From positions 930,001-994,000 of the forward strand of contig OZ025790.1 of NCBI GenBank assembly GCA_964019425.1: a DNA stretch of 64,000 bases. The letters run 5' to 3'. The number at the start of each line of letters is the position of its first letter. Position 1 is the first letter of the stretch. The stretch is from Flectonema sp. DT1601 (lineage: Eukaryota). The notes under the pieces are model-generated. The model saw nothing but the letters and a program-made list of their open reading frames with translations, was not told the DNA's origin and made no database searches. This document shows, piece after piece, positions 42,505 through 52,789 of this stretch. The translations under genes were made by a program, and so were the position numbers.

Positions 42505-45500
42505 TCAAGTTTCAATGTGCGACAATGCCCGATGTCGAGAAGTGGTCGACCTCCTGTAACGAGAAGGAGGTCTGTCATTGAATTGATTTCGTAATGACGA
42601 TGAGAATAAATCCACAGAAGTAAGTGACCTCTTTCGATACTTCCCCAACTCACGAACAGTATTAGATCGATACCTTGAAGTGCTTAAGGAAGGATTGCTT
42701 ATGGAAGGACTGTTATTAAAAGAGTCATTCAAAGAACTAACAGAAGAAGTTAAGAAATTTGGTTGCAAGAAATCTGCCGACAACGGAGCGCATATAGCCG
42801 GGTCCATTCTATAAGAGTCATTAAGTAGTACCAACTCCTCGGGTGATTCTGTTGAAGTATCAAGTTGCTCCATTTCAGAGAACTCTTTCTTTTTAAAATG
42901 ACCGCAGACATCAATTATCCAAGTCGTGACTTCGTATAAAATCCTCACGAGTGACGCTATACAAGCAATCGTTAAAAAAACGTATCCCATTTTCATTCCG
43001 ACATGGTTCATATCCTCAGCAATAAAACCCACAGTCATTAACCACAGTCCTACCATTGGCGCTCCAGCTGTAACGTATACTAAATGGTTCAGAAACCTAG
43101 GAATGAATGGTTTTAACGTAAGTGCTGAAAGCAAATAAAGTCCCATGACAGCACTAATGATTCCGGTCTTGACTGCGCATTGGGTCCATGAATTTGCACG
43201 GATGATCGTCATAAGCGCCAGGGGGAAGACATAGCCAAGTTCTACAAGTACGTAGCGTCCGTTTCTGAAGAAACCTTTGTTTTCATCGTAGTAATCGAAT
43301 AGCAGTCCCATTCTTTTTACAAAAAAACCTTCAGTAGATTGCCACGTGCTGGTTCCTAAGAAATATCTCGTTTTCCAGCCTATGCTACTGGGGTTGGGAT
43401 TGCTGCAGAATTTCGCTCTGAATGTTTTGTCTCTGCCAAGTGATGCAACACCTGATACAAAGATCACAACGGCAAACAAACCCACAAATGACACCACAAT
43501 GAACACACTATGCCCACGTGGATATATCAACAATTCACCAGCTGCCATAAAAACACCAGGTAATAAGTATGCTGGAACTAACACGATATTCGACGGAAAT
43601 CTAAAGGACGCACAGGCAGCTTGGTATTGAAGTTTTCTGGCAGCGGGTGTGTCCGAAGGTACCTTGAACCGAAAAATTAAATAAGGTAGAAAGGCAAGAA
43701 AAAGTGACATAATAATAATAAGAATCACATTGCCTATTATTGCACCAGCGTGTGTTGACCCTAATATACGAAATTGGAGGGGGTGAATAGCCCATGAAAT
43801 ATCTTCCTCATCATGGATTCCATCTCCGTGAGTCTGATCTCCCATACAGTCAAATGCCTTCGCCAGATACAGAAGTCCGACAGCACCTGCAGAAGAACCT
43901 GACAGCACTCCTAATATTGCCAAACTTCCGCCAGCACCCTGGATCTGGGTCATCTTTTTCTGTGCTGCTTCCAGGTTTAGTTTTGCCTTTGACTTTTTCT
44001 CAATAACTAAAGTCTCTGTGACTGTTACACTGATTTTATCAGGCTTTTCCGGTGTAGATGTTGGCGGACATGGTGTTGTTACGTTTTGTGTCGAAGGAGT
44101 TGACGTCGTTGGAACAGGTGTCGGTGGCACTGGGGTTGTTGGCACACCTGTTGTTGGCACTGCTGTTGGTGGAACTGCCGTTGTTGGTACAGCTGTTGCT
44201 GGAACTGCTGTTGTTGGAACACCTGTTGTTGGCACCGTCGTTGTTGGTACAGCTGTTGTTGGTACAGCTGTTGCTGGAACTGCTGTTGTCGGCACCGTCG
44301 TTGCTGGCACCGTCGTTGTTGGCACTGCTGTTGTAGGAACTGCTGTTGTTGGTGCAGCTGTTGTTGGTACACCTGTTGCTGGAACTGCTGTTGTTGGAAC
44401 ACCTGTTGTTGGCACCGTCGTTGTTGGTACAGCTGTTGTTGGAACTGCTGTTGTCGGCACCGTCGTTGCTGGCACCGTCGTTGTTGGCACTGCTGTTGTA
44501 GGAACTGCTGTTGTTGGTGCAGCTGTTGTTGGTACAGCTGTTGCTGGAACTGCTGTTGTCGGCACCGTCGTTGCTGGCACCGTCGTTGTTGGCACTGCTG
44601 TTGTAGGAACTGCTGTTGTTGGTGCAGCTGTTGTTGGTACAGCTGTTGCTGGAACTGCTGTTGTCGGCACCGTCGTTGCTGGCACCGTCGTTGTTGGCAC
44701 TGCTGTTGTAGGAACTGCTGTTGTAGGAACTGCTGTTGTTGGCACACCTGTTGCTGGAACTGCTGTTGTTGGCACCGTCGTTGTTGGTACCGTCGTTGTT
44801 GGTGCAGCTGTTGTTGGCACTGCTGTTGCTGGAACTGCTGTTGTTGGCACACCTGTTGCTGGAACTGCTGTTGTTGGCACCGTCGTTGTTGGTGCAGCTG
44901 TTGTTGGCACTGCTGTTGCTGGAACTGCTGTTGTTGGTACCGTCGTTGTTGGTGCAGCTGTTGTTGGCACTGCTGTTGCTGGCACTGCTGTTGCTGGAAC
45001 TGCTGTTGCTGGAACTGCTGTTGTTGGTACCGTCGTTGTTGGTGCAGCTGTTGTTGGCACTGCTGTTGGTGGAACTGCCGTTGTTGGTACAGCTGTTGCT
45101 GGAACAGCTGTTGTTGGCACACCTGTTGGCGGAACTGCTGTTGCTGGAACTGCTGTTGTTGGCACCGTCGTTGTTGGTACCGTCGTTGTTGGTACCGTCG
45201 TTGTTGGTACAGCTGTTGTTGGTACAGCTGTTGTTGGCACACCCGTTGGTGGTACTGCCGTTGGTGGAATCGCTGTTGGTGGAACTGCTGTTGGCACTGC
45301 CGTTGGTGGGATTGCGGTTGGTGGCACCGCTGTTGGCGGGATTGCCGTTGGTGGAATCGCTGTTGGTGGGATTGCAGTTGGTGGAACTGCTGTTGGTGGA
45401 ACTGCTGTTGGTGGAATTGCCGTTGGTGGCACTGCCGTTGGTGGAATCGCTGTTGGTGGAACTGCCGTTGGTGGAACTGCTGTTGGTGGAATCGCTGTTG

Positions 45501-47595
45501 GCGGAATTGCCGTTGGTGGCACTGCCGTTGGTGGAATCGCTGTTGGCGGGATTGCCGTTGGTGGCACACCCGTTGGTGGCACCGCTGTTGGCGGGATTGC
45601 AGTTGGTGGGATTGCTGTTGGTGGGATTGCCGTTGGTGGAATCGCTGTTGGCGGGATTGCCGTTGGTGGAATTGCGGTTGGAGGAATCGCTGTTGGCGGA
45701 ATTGCCGTTGGTGGCACACCCGTTGATGGCACCGCTGTTGGCGGGATTGCCGTTGGTGGAATTGCAGTTGGTGGGATTGCGGTTGGTGGAATCGCTGTTG
45801 GCGGAATTGCCGTTGGTGGCACCGCTGTTGGCGGGATTGCCGTTGGTGGAATTGCAGTTGGTGGGACCGCTGTTGGCGGAATTGCCGTTGGTGGCACACC
45901 CGTTGATGGCACCGCTGTTGGCGGGATTGCCGTTGGTGGAATTGCGGTTGGAGGAATCGCTGTTGGCGGAATTGCCGTTGGTGGCACACCCGTTGATGGC
46001 ACCGCTGTTGGCGGGATTGCCGTTGGTGGAATTGCAGTTGGTGGGATTGCCGTTGGTGGGATCGCTGTTGGCGGAATTGCCGTTGGTGGCACCGCTGTTG
46101 GCGGGATTGCCGTTGGTGGAATTGCAGTTGGTGGGATTGCCGTTGGTGGGATCGCTGTTGGTGGAATTGCCGTTGGTGGCACCGCTGTTGGCGGGATTGC
46201 CGTTGGTGGAATTGCAGTTGGTGGGATTGCCGTTGGTGGGATCGCTGTTGGCGGGATTGCCGTTGGTGGAATTGCAGTTGGTGGGATTGCGGTTGGTGGA
46301 ATTGCTGTTGGCGGAATTGCCGTTGGTGGCATTGCCGTTGGTGGAATCGCTGTTGGCGGAATTGCCGTTGGTGGCACTGCTGTTGGTGGAATCGCTGTTG
46401 GTGGAATCGCTGTTGGCGGGATTGCCGTTGGTGGAATTGCAGTTGGTGGGATTGCCGTTGGTGGAATCGCTGTTGGCGGAATTGCTGTTGGTGGAACTGC
46501 TGTTGGCGCAGTTGGCGCTGCGGTTGGCGGTGTAGCAACTGCTAACAAGTTAGCTGAACACGCACCCGCCACGCACCAAACTGGTCGCAAGTCTCCCACG
46601 AAGGTGTTGATAAAACAAGATTGATCCGCACTACACGACAGAGAACAAATTTCCGTTGTTACAGTACCCGGACACTTGAAAGTTGCAGAAGAGCAAGAGT
46701 TCTGATGTTCACAAGAAAAAGAACACAGCTCTGCCTTTACGCAAAGAAACGAAGAGCTCTTACACGACAGTTCTGAATTACAAACCACATCGACTGAAGA
46801 ACTCCTTCCAAAGACACCAAGCATATTTTTGCAGGACTGATCACCGGTACAAGACAGGGAATGAGTACCAGTGGTGTCAATTGATACAGGCTTTATTCTA
46901 GCAGATAGACATGACGATGACCCACTACATGAAATATCACACTGTCCACTACCTGGACAAAAGATTTCACTGTCGTAACAAGACTGGACTGCAGAACAAG
47001 TGATTGAACAACTATCATCGTGGGGACAATTAATGTCAGATAGCTCACATGAATTCGGTGCAACACATGACATTGTTAAAGAACCTGATGAAGAGCTATT
47101 CGTTACCCTAGTTCTGTAACAAGATTTTTGATCATTGCAATCCACATTGCAACTACCAGGTTTATCAGGGCAAGGTATTCTTAATCGGTCACAAGCCCTG
47201 TCACGATCACATGTTACTACTAAGGAACCAGTACTTGTAGTAGTGTGATGGTTCATGTCTAGAGTATTACTGCATCCTTCATTACCGCAGTAGAGTGCTG
47301 TTGCACCCGTCTTTGGCATATTAAAAGTCGTTCTGTGACAACTTCTTCTGTCAGTACAAGTTAGCCCACAAGTACCTGTCTCTCCACAATTATAGACCAT
47401 ATCTCTACAGGAGGAATCACCCGTACAAGTCACATCACAATTCTGAGCAATTCCACAAGTCACTACGCAGTTTACACAGTTGTTTGCTGGATTACAATCG
47501 AGAACACCACCAGTTGTTAGTAAGTCGATAGTACAGCAGTCGATAATGGGGAGTAACAAACACATTATCAGAATTACCTGTCTATGATTAGCCAT
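42505..47595 (-). CDS. Large surface protein: signal peptide, Cys-rich repeats, Pro/Thr mucin-like stalk, multi-pass TM C-terminus
   Basis: Likely start MANHRQVILIMCLLLP at 47595; C-x(3-5)-SC repeats; ~160 pentapeptide repeats; ~7-8 TM helices after HPL...AGAIIGN. Confidence 0.88.
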   Translation of the reverse strand: MANHRQVILIMCLLLPIIDCCTIDLLTTGGVLDCNPANNCVNCVVTCGIAQNCDVTCTGDSSCRDMVYNCGETGTCGLTCTDRRSCHRTTFNMPKTGATALYCGNEGCSNTLDMNHHTTTSTGSLVVTCDRDRACDRLRIPCPDKPGSCNVDCNDQKSCYRTRVTNSSSSGSLTMSCVAPNSCELSDINCPHDDSCSITCSAVQSCYDSEIFCPGSGQCDISCSGSSSCLSARIKPVSIDTTGTHSLSCTGDQSCKNMLGVFGRSSSVDVVCNSELSCKSSSFLCVKAELCSFSCEHQNSCSSATFKCPGTVTTEICSLSCSADQSCFINTFVGDLRPVWCVAGACSANLLAVATPPTAAPTAPTAVPPTAIPPTAIPPTAIPPTAIPPTAIPPTAIPPTAIPPTAVPPTAIPPTAIPPTAMPPTAIPPTAIPPTAIPPTAIPPTAIPPTAIPPTAIPPTAIPPTAIPPTAVPPTAIPPTAIPPTAIPPTAIPPTAIPPTAVPPTAIPPTAIPPTAIPPTAIPPTAIPPTAVPSTGVPPTAIPPTAIPPTAIPPTAIPPTAVPSTGVPPTAIPPTAVPPTAIPPTAIPPTAVPPTAIPPTAIPPTAIPPTAIPPTAIPPTAVPSTGVPPTAIPPTAIPPTAIPPTAIPPTAIPPTAIPPTAIPPTAIPPTAVPPTGVPPTAIPPTAIPPTAVPPTAIPPTAIPPTAVPPTAVPPTAIPPTAVPPTAIPPTAVPPTAVPPTAIPPTAIPPTAIPPTAVPPTAIPPTAVPTAVPPTAIPPTAVPPTGVPTTAVPTTAVPTTTVPTTTVPTTTVPTTAVPATAVPPTGVPTTAVPATAVPTTAVPPTAVPTTAAPTTTVPTTAVPATAVPATAVPATAVPTTAAPTTTVPTTAVPATAVPTTAAPTTTVPTTAVPATGVPTTAVPATAVPTTAAPTTTVPTTTVPTTAVPATGVPTTAVPTTAVPTTAVPTTTVPATTVPTTAVPATAVPTTAAPTTAVPTTAVPTTTVPATTVPTTAVPATAVPTTAAPTTAVPTTAVPTTTVPATTVPTTAVPTTAVPTTTVPTTGVPTTAVPATGVPTTAAPTTAVPTTAVPTTTVPATTVPTTAVPATAVPTTAVPTTTVPTTGVPTTAVPATAVPTTAVPPTAVPTTGVPTTPVPPTPVPTTSTPSTQNVTTPCPPTSTPEKPDKISVTVTETLVIEKKSKAKLNLEAAQKKMTQIQGAGGSLAILGVLSGSSAGAVGLLYLAKAFDCMGDQTHGDGIHDEEDISWAIHPLQFRILGSTHAGAIIGNVILIIIMSLFLAFLPYLIFRFKVPSDTPAARKLQYQAACASFRFPSNIVLVPAYLLPGVFMAAGELLIYPRGHSVFIVVSFVGLFAVVIFVSGVASLGRDKTFRAKFCSNPNPSSIGWKTRYFLGTSTWQSTEGFFVKRMGLLFDYYDENKGFFRNGRYVLVELGYVFPLALMTIIRANSWTQCAVKTGIISAVMGLYLLSALTLKPFIPRFLNHLVYVTAGAPMVGLWLMTVGFIAEDMNHVGMKMGYVFLTIACIASLVRILYEVTTWIIDVCGHFKKKEFSEMEQLDTSTESPEELVLLNDSYRMDPAICAPLSADFLQPNFLTSSVSSLNDSFNNSPSISNPSLSTSRYRSNTVRELGKYRKRSLTSVDLFSSSLRNQFNDRPPSRYRRSTTSRHRALSHIET
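44100..46520. repeat. Coding minisatellite, 15-nt unit (PPTAI / PTTAV variants)
   Basis: Directly visible. Higher-order periodicity, e.g. ACCGCTGTTG at 46001, 46091 and 46181 (90 nt). Confidence 0.97.
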
Positions 47596-47947
47596 TTCAC
47601 CTGGTCCTGTTTTGAAGAAATAAAATATACAAATATCCAAAATCCAACACACATCTATTCATATTACTAATTATTTTTGCACCCTTTTACAAAGGTCGTA
47701 CCAGAGTTGAAGTTAGGCGCCAAAAGCAGAACAGCAGTCATTCCGCTTATCTCATTGTTAAGGGGAATAAGAGGGGAGGGAGGGTAGTTTTTTTCATTTT
47801 TTTTTTTTATAAGCAAGGCGTGCATCAAGTCACGTGCGGATATCGTTCCCTGCGAATGGAATAGCGATCAGCTACCAAAAGAAATAGAATAATGTCCAGG
47901 GTACTACCAGTTCTATTATACACAACATTAAATATTAAATTTAACTT

Positions 47948-49248
47948 CTACTGGAACGAGACGCAATTCCACAACGACTCGAGTGTGACTCCGTCACGAA
48001 GCTTTTCTATTGCGAGACCCATCGCTGTTTTTTTTTTTTTTTTTTTTTTATCAACGCCATGACCCTAAACGCGCGTAAAGTTAAATATAATCATCAAAAA
48101 TAGGATATCAAGTAGACATTAAAGATGTGTCCGACGGAGAAGTACACAATATCAGTTAAAGGGACAAGGAATTTATAGAGGTTTAAATTTCACAAAAGAA
48201 AAAAAAAAATCAAATATTACATACAAGGTTCGAATACTGGTTTTCTGTCAGCATTCTTTTGACCACCATCGGCGTAGTATGCTGCAAAAGCATCAGTCGA
48301 ATCGTCGCCAATTATATTGATATTATCCTGAGCTGGGGCTTCAGTAACTTCACTTAGGGCGGCAGCGGGTTCTTCTGTTTTGAAATCAACTCCGAAAATT
48401 GGACTGACCGAATAAATACGATGAAGAGATGAAACTTCTTTGTGAACTTCTTGTAATTTCTCTGCTGGATCAACTCTGAATCCAAGAACATAAGATCCTG
48501 ACTGTCCGCTAGTTTCAATTACGAATGCCGGTCCGAACTTGGAATCACGAATTCGAACACTTTTTATTTGCAAATAAGGAATAGAAACATTGAAGTTCTC
48601 AGCAAGATTCGCAAACCAAACAACTCTAACGTTAGTAATGTAAAAAGTTCCTAAGTTTCCCTGGTCGGATGATAGATTCCAAACACCACTCGTCTTCGTC
48701 ATAACGTCCTCTTGAGGTAACAACAATAATTCTTTTTCTTTTATAATAGCACCGCGTAACTTTAAATCTCTATATAACTTCGAAGTCTCATACGCTCTGT
48801 GAACAGCTTGTACGGTTGTAAAGTGTCTGGGACTTCCCTTTACTAGATTTGTAAATATAAATTCAAAACGACTACTGTTAAACTTCGTTAAGACGTACAA
48901 GGCCTGAGTTGGTCCCCTAATTCTTGAATTGGCGGTGTGAATAGTAATCGAGAGGATACAGTTATATCCGATGGATAAATTGATTCGAACGTTTTTAGCG
49001 CAGCACCAGACAAGTCTCAAGTTAGACACAACTAATTGACCTTTTTCACCATTGTTACCCTTAGTGTCTTCTATAGAATCTATTGCATCGATACGGAACT
49101 CTCCTCTTCGCATCTCAAATTCTCTGTTGTGGTTGTTGGTTGTTGTTCTTATGATACTTGTTTTTTAAAAAAAAAAAAAAAAAACATACTGAGCTGGAAT
49201 GTCAAAACGGATCTCTCTGTCTTGCCAAATATAGTTCTCATCAGACAT
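47948..49248 (-). CDS. BBS5: Bardet-Biedl syndrome 5 protein; introns ~49124-49189, ~48025-48224
   Basis: [60 protein letters not shown]: the characteristic BBS5 sequence. Confidence 0.95.
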
Positions 49249-49256
49249 ATGTAATT

Positions 49257-49290
<34 letters not shown>

Positions 49291-50155
49291 CCCTCCTACT
49301 TTTGGGAGAAAGAAAAATAATAATAAAAACAAATTAACAGCAGGGTTGTTTTCAATCGCAGTGAATATTATTATTTTTTTTTTTTTTTTAACACAGCGGT
49401 TGGGAGCGCTGGTTTCACTCGCAGGGATTTTGTAAATATGAGAATTGCCTCAGTATTCCAAGACAACGAAAAAGAATATGGGGAAAAATTGAAAAGATGA
49501 AAACATTTTATTTTTTTTCATGGAGGGGGGTGAAATTACAAATAAAAAAAATAAAAATAGGGACCGCACGTTGTCAACATGCTGCCAACGAGAATAAAAG
49601 AGTGCCATATATTCCATTGAAGACACAGTAAATAAAGAACACCTATCCTTCTCCGTGAACCAATTATCCTTTTTTTTTTTTTTTTTTTCTTTTTTCTTTC
49701 CTTCCTCCGCAATGATAAAAGGTAACTAAAGAGGGGGGAAAACAGCGTAACAAAAAGAAAAAAAAAGGGAAAAAAAAACGAAAAAAAGATAGAAATCTGC
49801 TTGCTGTTACAACACACAACCGGGTGTGAATTTTTTTTTTAAAGTTGTATTCCTTTTAAGATACAAAAAGGGACTGACTACCAGTACCAAAAAATATGTT
49901 AAAAGAAAGTTAAGAGCTATTTTAATGAAGTCAACGTACAATTCAGCTAAAGAGGAGACCCGAGTGCAAAAAAAGAGAAAAAAAGAGAAAAAAACTGCAG
50001 TTTCGGGTAAGAAAATTACCGCAAGTTTTTTTTTAAGGGGCGTTAATAGCTGGAAGAAGGGAGTAAAGGAAAAAAAAAAAGTGCGACAACAGAATAGATG
50101 CGGTTCTGATGCTAATCTATGTTACAATGATTGCAGTATGATGTGTGTTGTTATT

Positions 50156-51431
50156 TCACACGTAATCTTCGTCACAACCAAATTTATTTTGAATTGCTCT
50201 GCTTGATTTCTTATGGTCTTTTACTGTCTTCAATTTGCTCTTCTCACGACCGACTTCGGCGTTTGTTTTCTTTTGCGCAGTTGTAAGTTTGGCAACTTTA
50301 CCACCGAGAGGGATGTGGGATATCGCGAGCAGACGTCTAACCGAGGATGATATTGCGAGGTACGGGAGTAGTCCAGATTTCACGGTGTTGCGGACCCACT
50401 CTAATTGGATGACTTCTCCCCAGCCTTCAAAGTCAAGAGATTTTCCGTTTACCTTAACTTGTTCTGAAGGAGAATCGTTTTCTTCAACAGTCGCTTGAAC
50501 TTTTCTAGCAGACTCCTTCTTATCTTTTCTGAGTTGTTTGTTAACACTTCGATCAGATTCTCCAATCATTTCTGTTAGTGTTTCGAGAATTTCTTTTTTC
50601 CCCAAACCCGCAGGTGGTTTTCCAGTTTTTTTATAACAATGCTCATACAAGAATCCGATGCTTTCTAAAGCAGCTGTTGAGATATCATAGTACTCTGAAG
50701 AAACCATTCTGAGAACTTTATGACCTGCCTCAACAAGTAATGTATCATCGTCTTCGTAAGTGTATAAAAGAGTCCATTTTGATAGAGCTTCTGACACAAC
50801 TTCTGGACTGGTGTTTGATAATTTTTTATTCCAAAGTTCGAGTAAAATGGTTGGGAAATCATCGTCAATGTCGAGATCCAAGTGAGGATCAGTCAAGTAG
50901 CAGACAGTTAAGAACCGAATAGCTTCGATCTGTTCTTCACACGCTCCTGTTTTTAAAACTGGAACTGCTGACCTGGATACAGATTGTGTGAATTCGTCAT
51001 CTGCAAAAAATAAAACCGCCGAAGATGCAGTTTTTAGTGCTGAACAGGTCTCGTCTTCCTTTCCATTTCTTATCGATTTTGATAAGTGAATGCATAATGG
51101 TTGAGATTGTTTTATTAATAAAGATGATAAGTGGGGTTTCTTATGCATAGTTCTCCTCAATTCCTTTAATGCGTCTAATCTATTGGAGGCACTTTTTGCT
51201 GACAGTTCTTCAACCTGTTCACAGAATTCATCGAAATCGATTGTTTCGTCTTCTTCCTCTGCCGCTCCAGCACCAATAGATCTGGTTGGTTGATGTTTTT
51301 TTTTTTTTTTTTGTCATGTGCTTAAATAAAAATAATACATACCCGGACATCAGAGATCCTTCTTCGCCATCACTCTCTCCGAATTTTTCTTCAGCCTGTC
51401 TCTTGTCTCTATCTCTCCTTTTCTTACCCAT
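50156..51431 (-). CDS. Interferon-related developmental regulator (IFRD)-like protein; intron ~51282-51342
   Basis: ARM-like helical protein with ALESIGFLYE and K..RKDKKE..R motifs and a basic C-terminus; a GTATGT...ACCAG intron restores the frame. Confidence 0.7.
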
Positions 51432-52789
51432 CTTAAATTTAATTAACTAACTTGGCTAGGCTGAGGTTTTTAGTAGAGGGGAAAAAGAAATGAAAAATAT
51501 ATTTCCAAAAAAAAAAAAATCAAGTTTGTCAAAGTTAGCTAATATGGCGAAGCTTAACTTAACCTTTTGAAGTAACCACCGACTGCTTTGTTTGTTCTGA
51601 AGGAGGGGGAAGGAGATCTTAGTTTCAGGCTATGTACATTAAACAAAAGATAAGAGTAACCTTGTTTGTTTGTTTTTTTTTCTTTTTTTCTTTGCAAAAA
51701 ATGGTAGAAATGATTTAATTTGAACCAACCAACCTAACATCACAAATATTAAACTAACATTACCATGCTGGTCAGAACCTGAAGTATTGTCCTCTCTCTC
51801 TCTCTCTTTTTTTTTTTTTTTTTTCCCCCTCCTTTTTTTTTTCCCTTCTTCACTACGATACTACACAAGGTAAGAAGTAACTGAACGCAAAACAAAAGAC
51901 GAGTTCTCTACATTTCTAAAATATGAAATGAATTGAAAAAAAAAAAGAAGGGAAAAAAAAAAATTAAGGAGCGCAATTGTCAGGGGAATAAATACTCCGA
52001 TAAATCTCTCTCTCCATTCAGCACAGAAAATGATCACTATAATGATAAAAACTTTTCGGAATTTTTTTGTTTTTTTTGTATTCTTTTTTTTTTTTTTTTT
52101 TTTTTTTGAGACAACTATGGAAAAAAACAAAGGCTAGAAAACCAAATTACAGTGTCGTCTAAACAGTTTTTTTTTTTTTTTTTTTTTCCTGCCACTACCG
52201 AACAGCAGTGGTAATAGGCTCAGAACAGAATAAACAAGAGGCAATGTTATATCATTCACCTCGTCTGAGAGTCGACCTCTCAGAATACCTCTCATCGGTG
52301 ACCCGCTCAGTCAAGTTCGTAACTCATTCCTGTTTGTGAATAGTAGTGATATTATGTGCTGAATATGAGACATGAATAAAACAGAGAGATGAAAACAGAG
52401 TACCCCCCTACTCCTTTTTTGTAGGATTTTTTTAAGTGCTGACAAGCACAGAATAAAGGGAAAAAAAAAAAAAAGAATCGATCGGGGAAACAACGTAACG
52501 GGGGAAAAAAAAAAAGGGGGGGGAAAAGAGGGAAAAAGAAACAATAATTCTATTCCTCCTCTTCCCATTATAAGACAAAACAGGTTGTTGCCCCCCCACG
52601 GAATCCAATTCCGTAGTAAAAACTAAGCTTCCAGGGGTCCAAGCCCGAGAGCCTTGTGTTGCCATTATTATTACTATAAACCTAGGTACGTGACTGAGGG
52701 AATAGTGAGTACAAAACTATGCCATTAGATGATTGGCTTTCAGTTTTTTTTTCTTTCTCCAAACCAGATTAAAAAGGGGGGAACCAAAC

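Noticed and set aside
44100..46520. CRISPR-like array
   Set aside because: Contiguous tandem units with no unique spacers, no cas genes, and a eukaryotic context.
44018..46624. Long antisense and alternate-frame ORFs (868, 819 and 599 aa)
   Set aside because: Stop-free by-products of the 15-nt coding repeat. Only the PT frame is continuous with the signal peptide and TM domains.
52264..52290. Perfect 8-bp hairpin TCTGAGAG-TCGAC-CTCTCAGA downstream of RRP6
   Set aside because: Single isolated hairpin with no second copy, so chance cannot be excluded.
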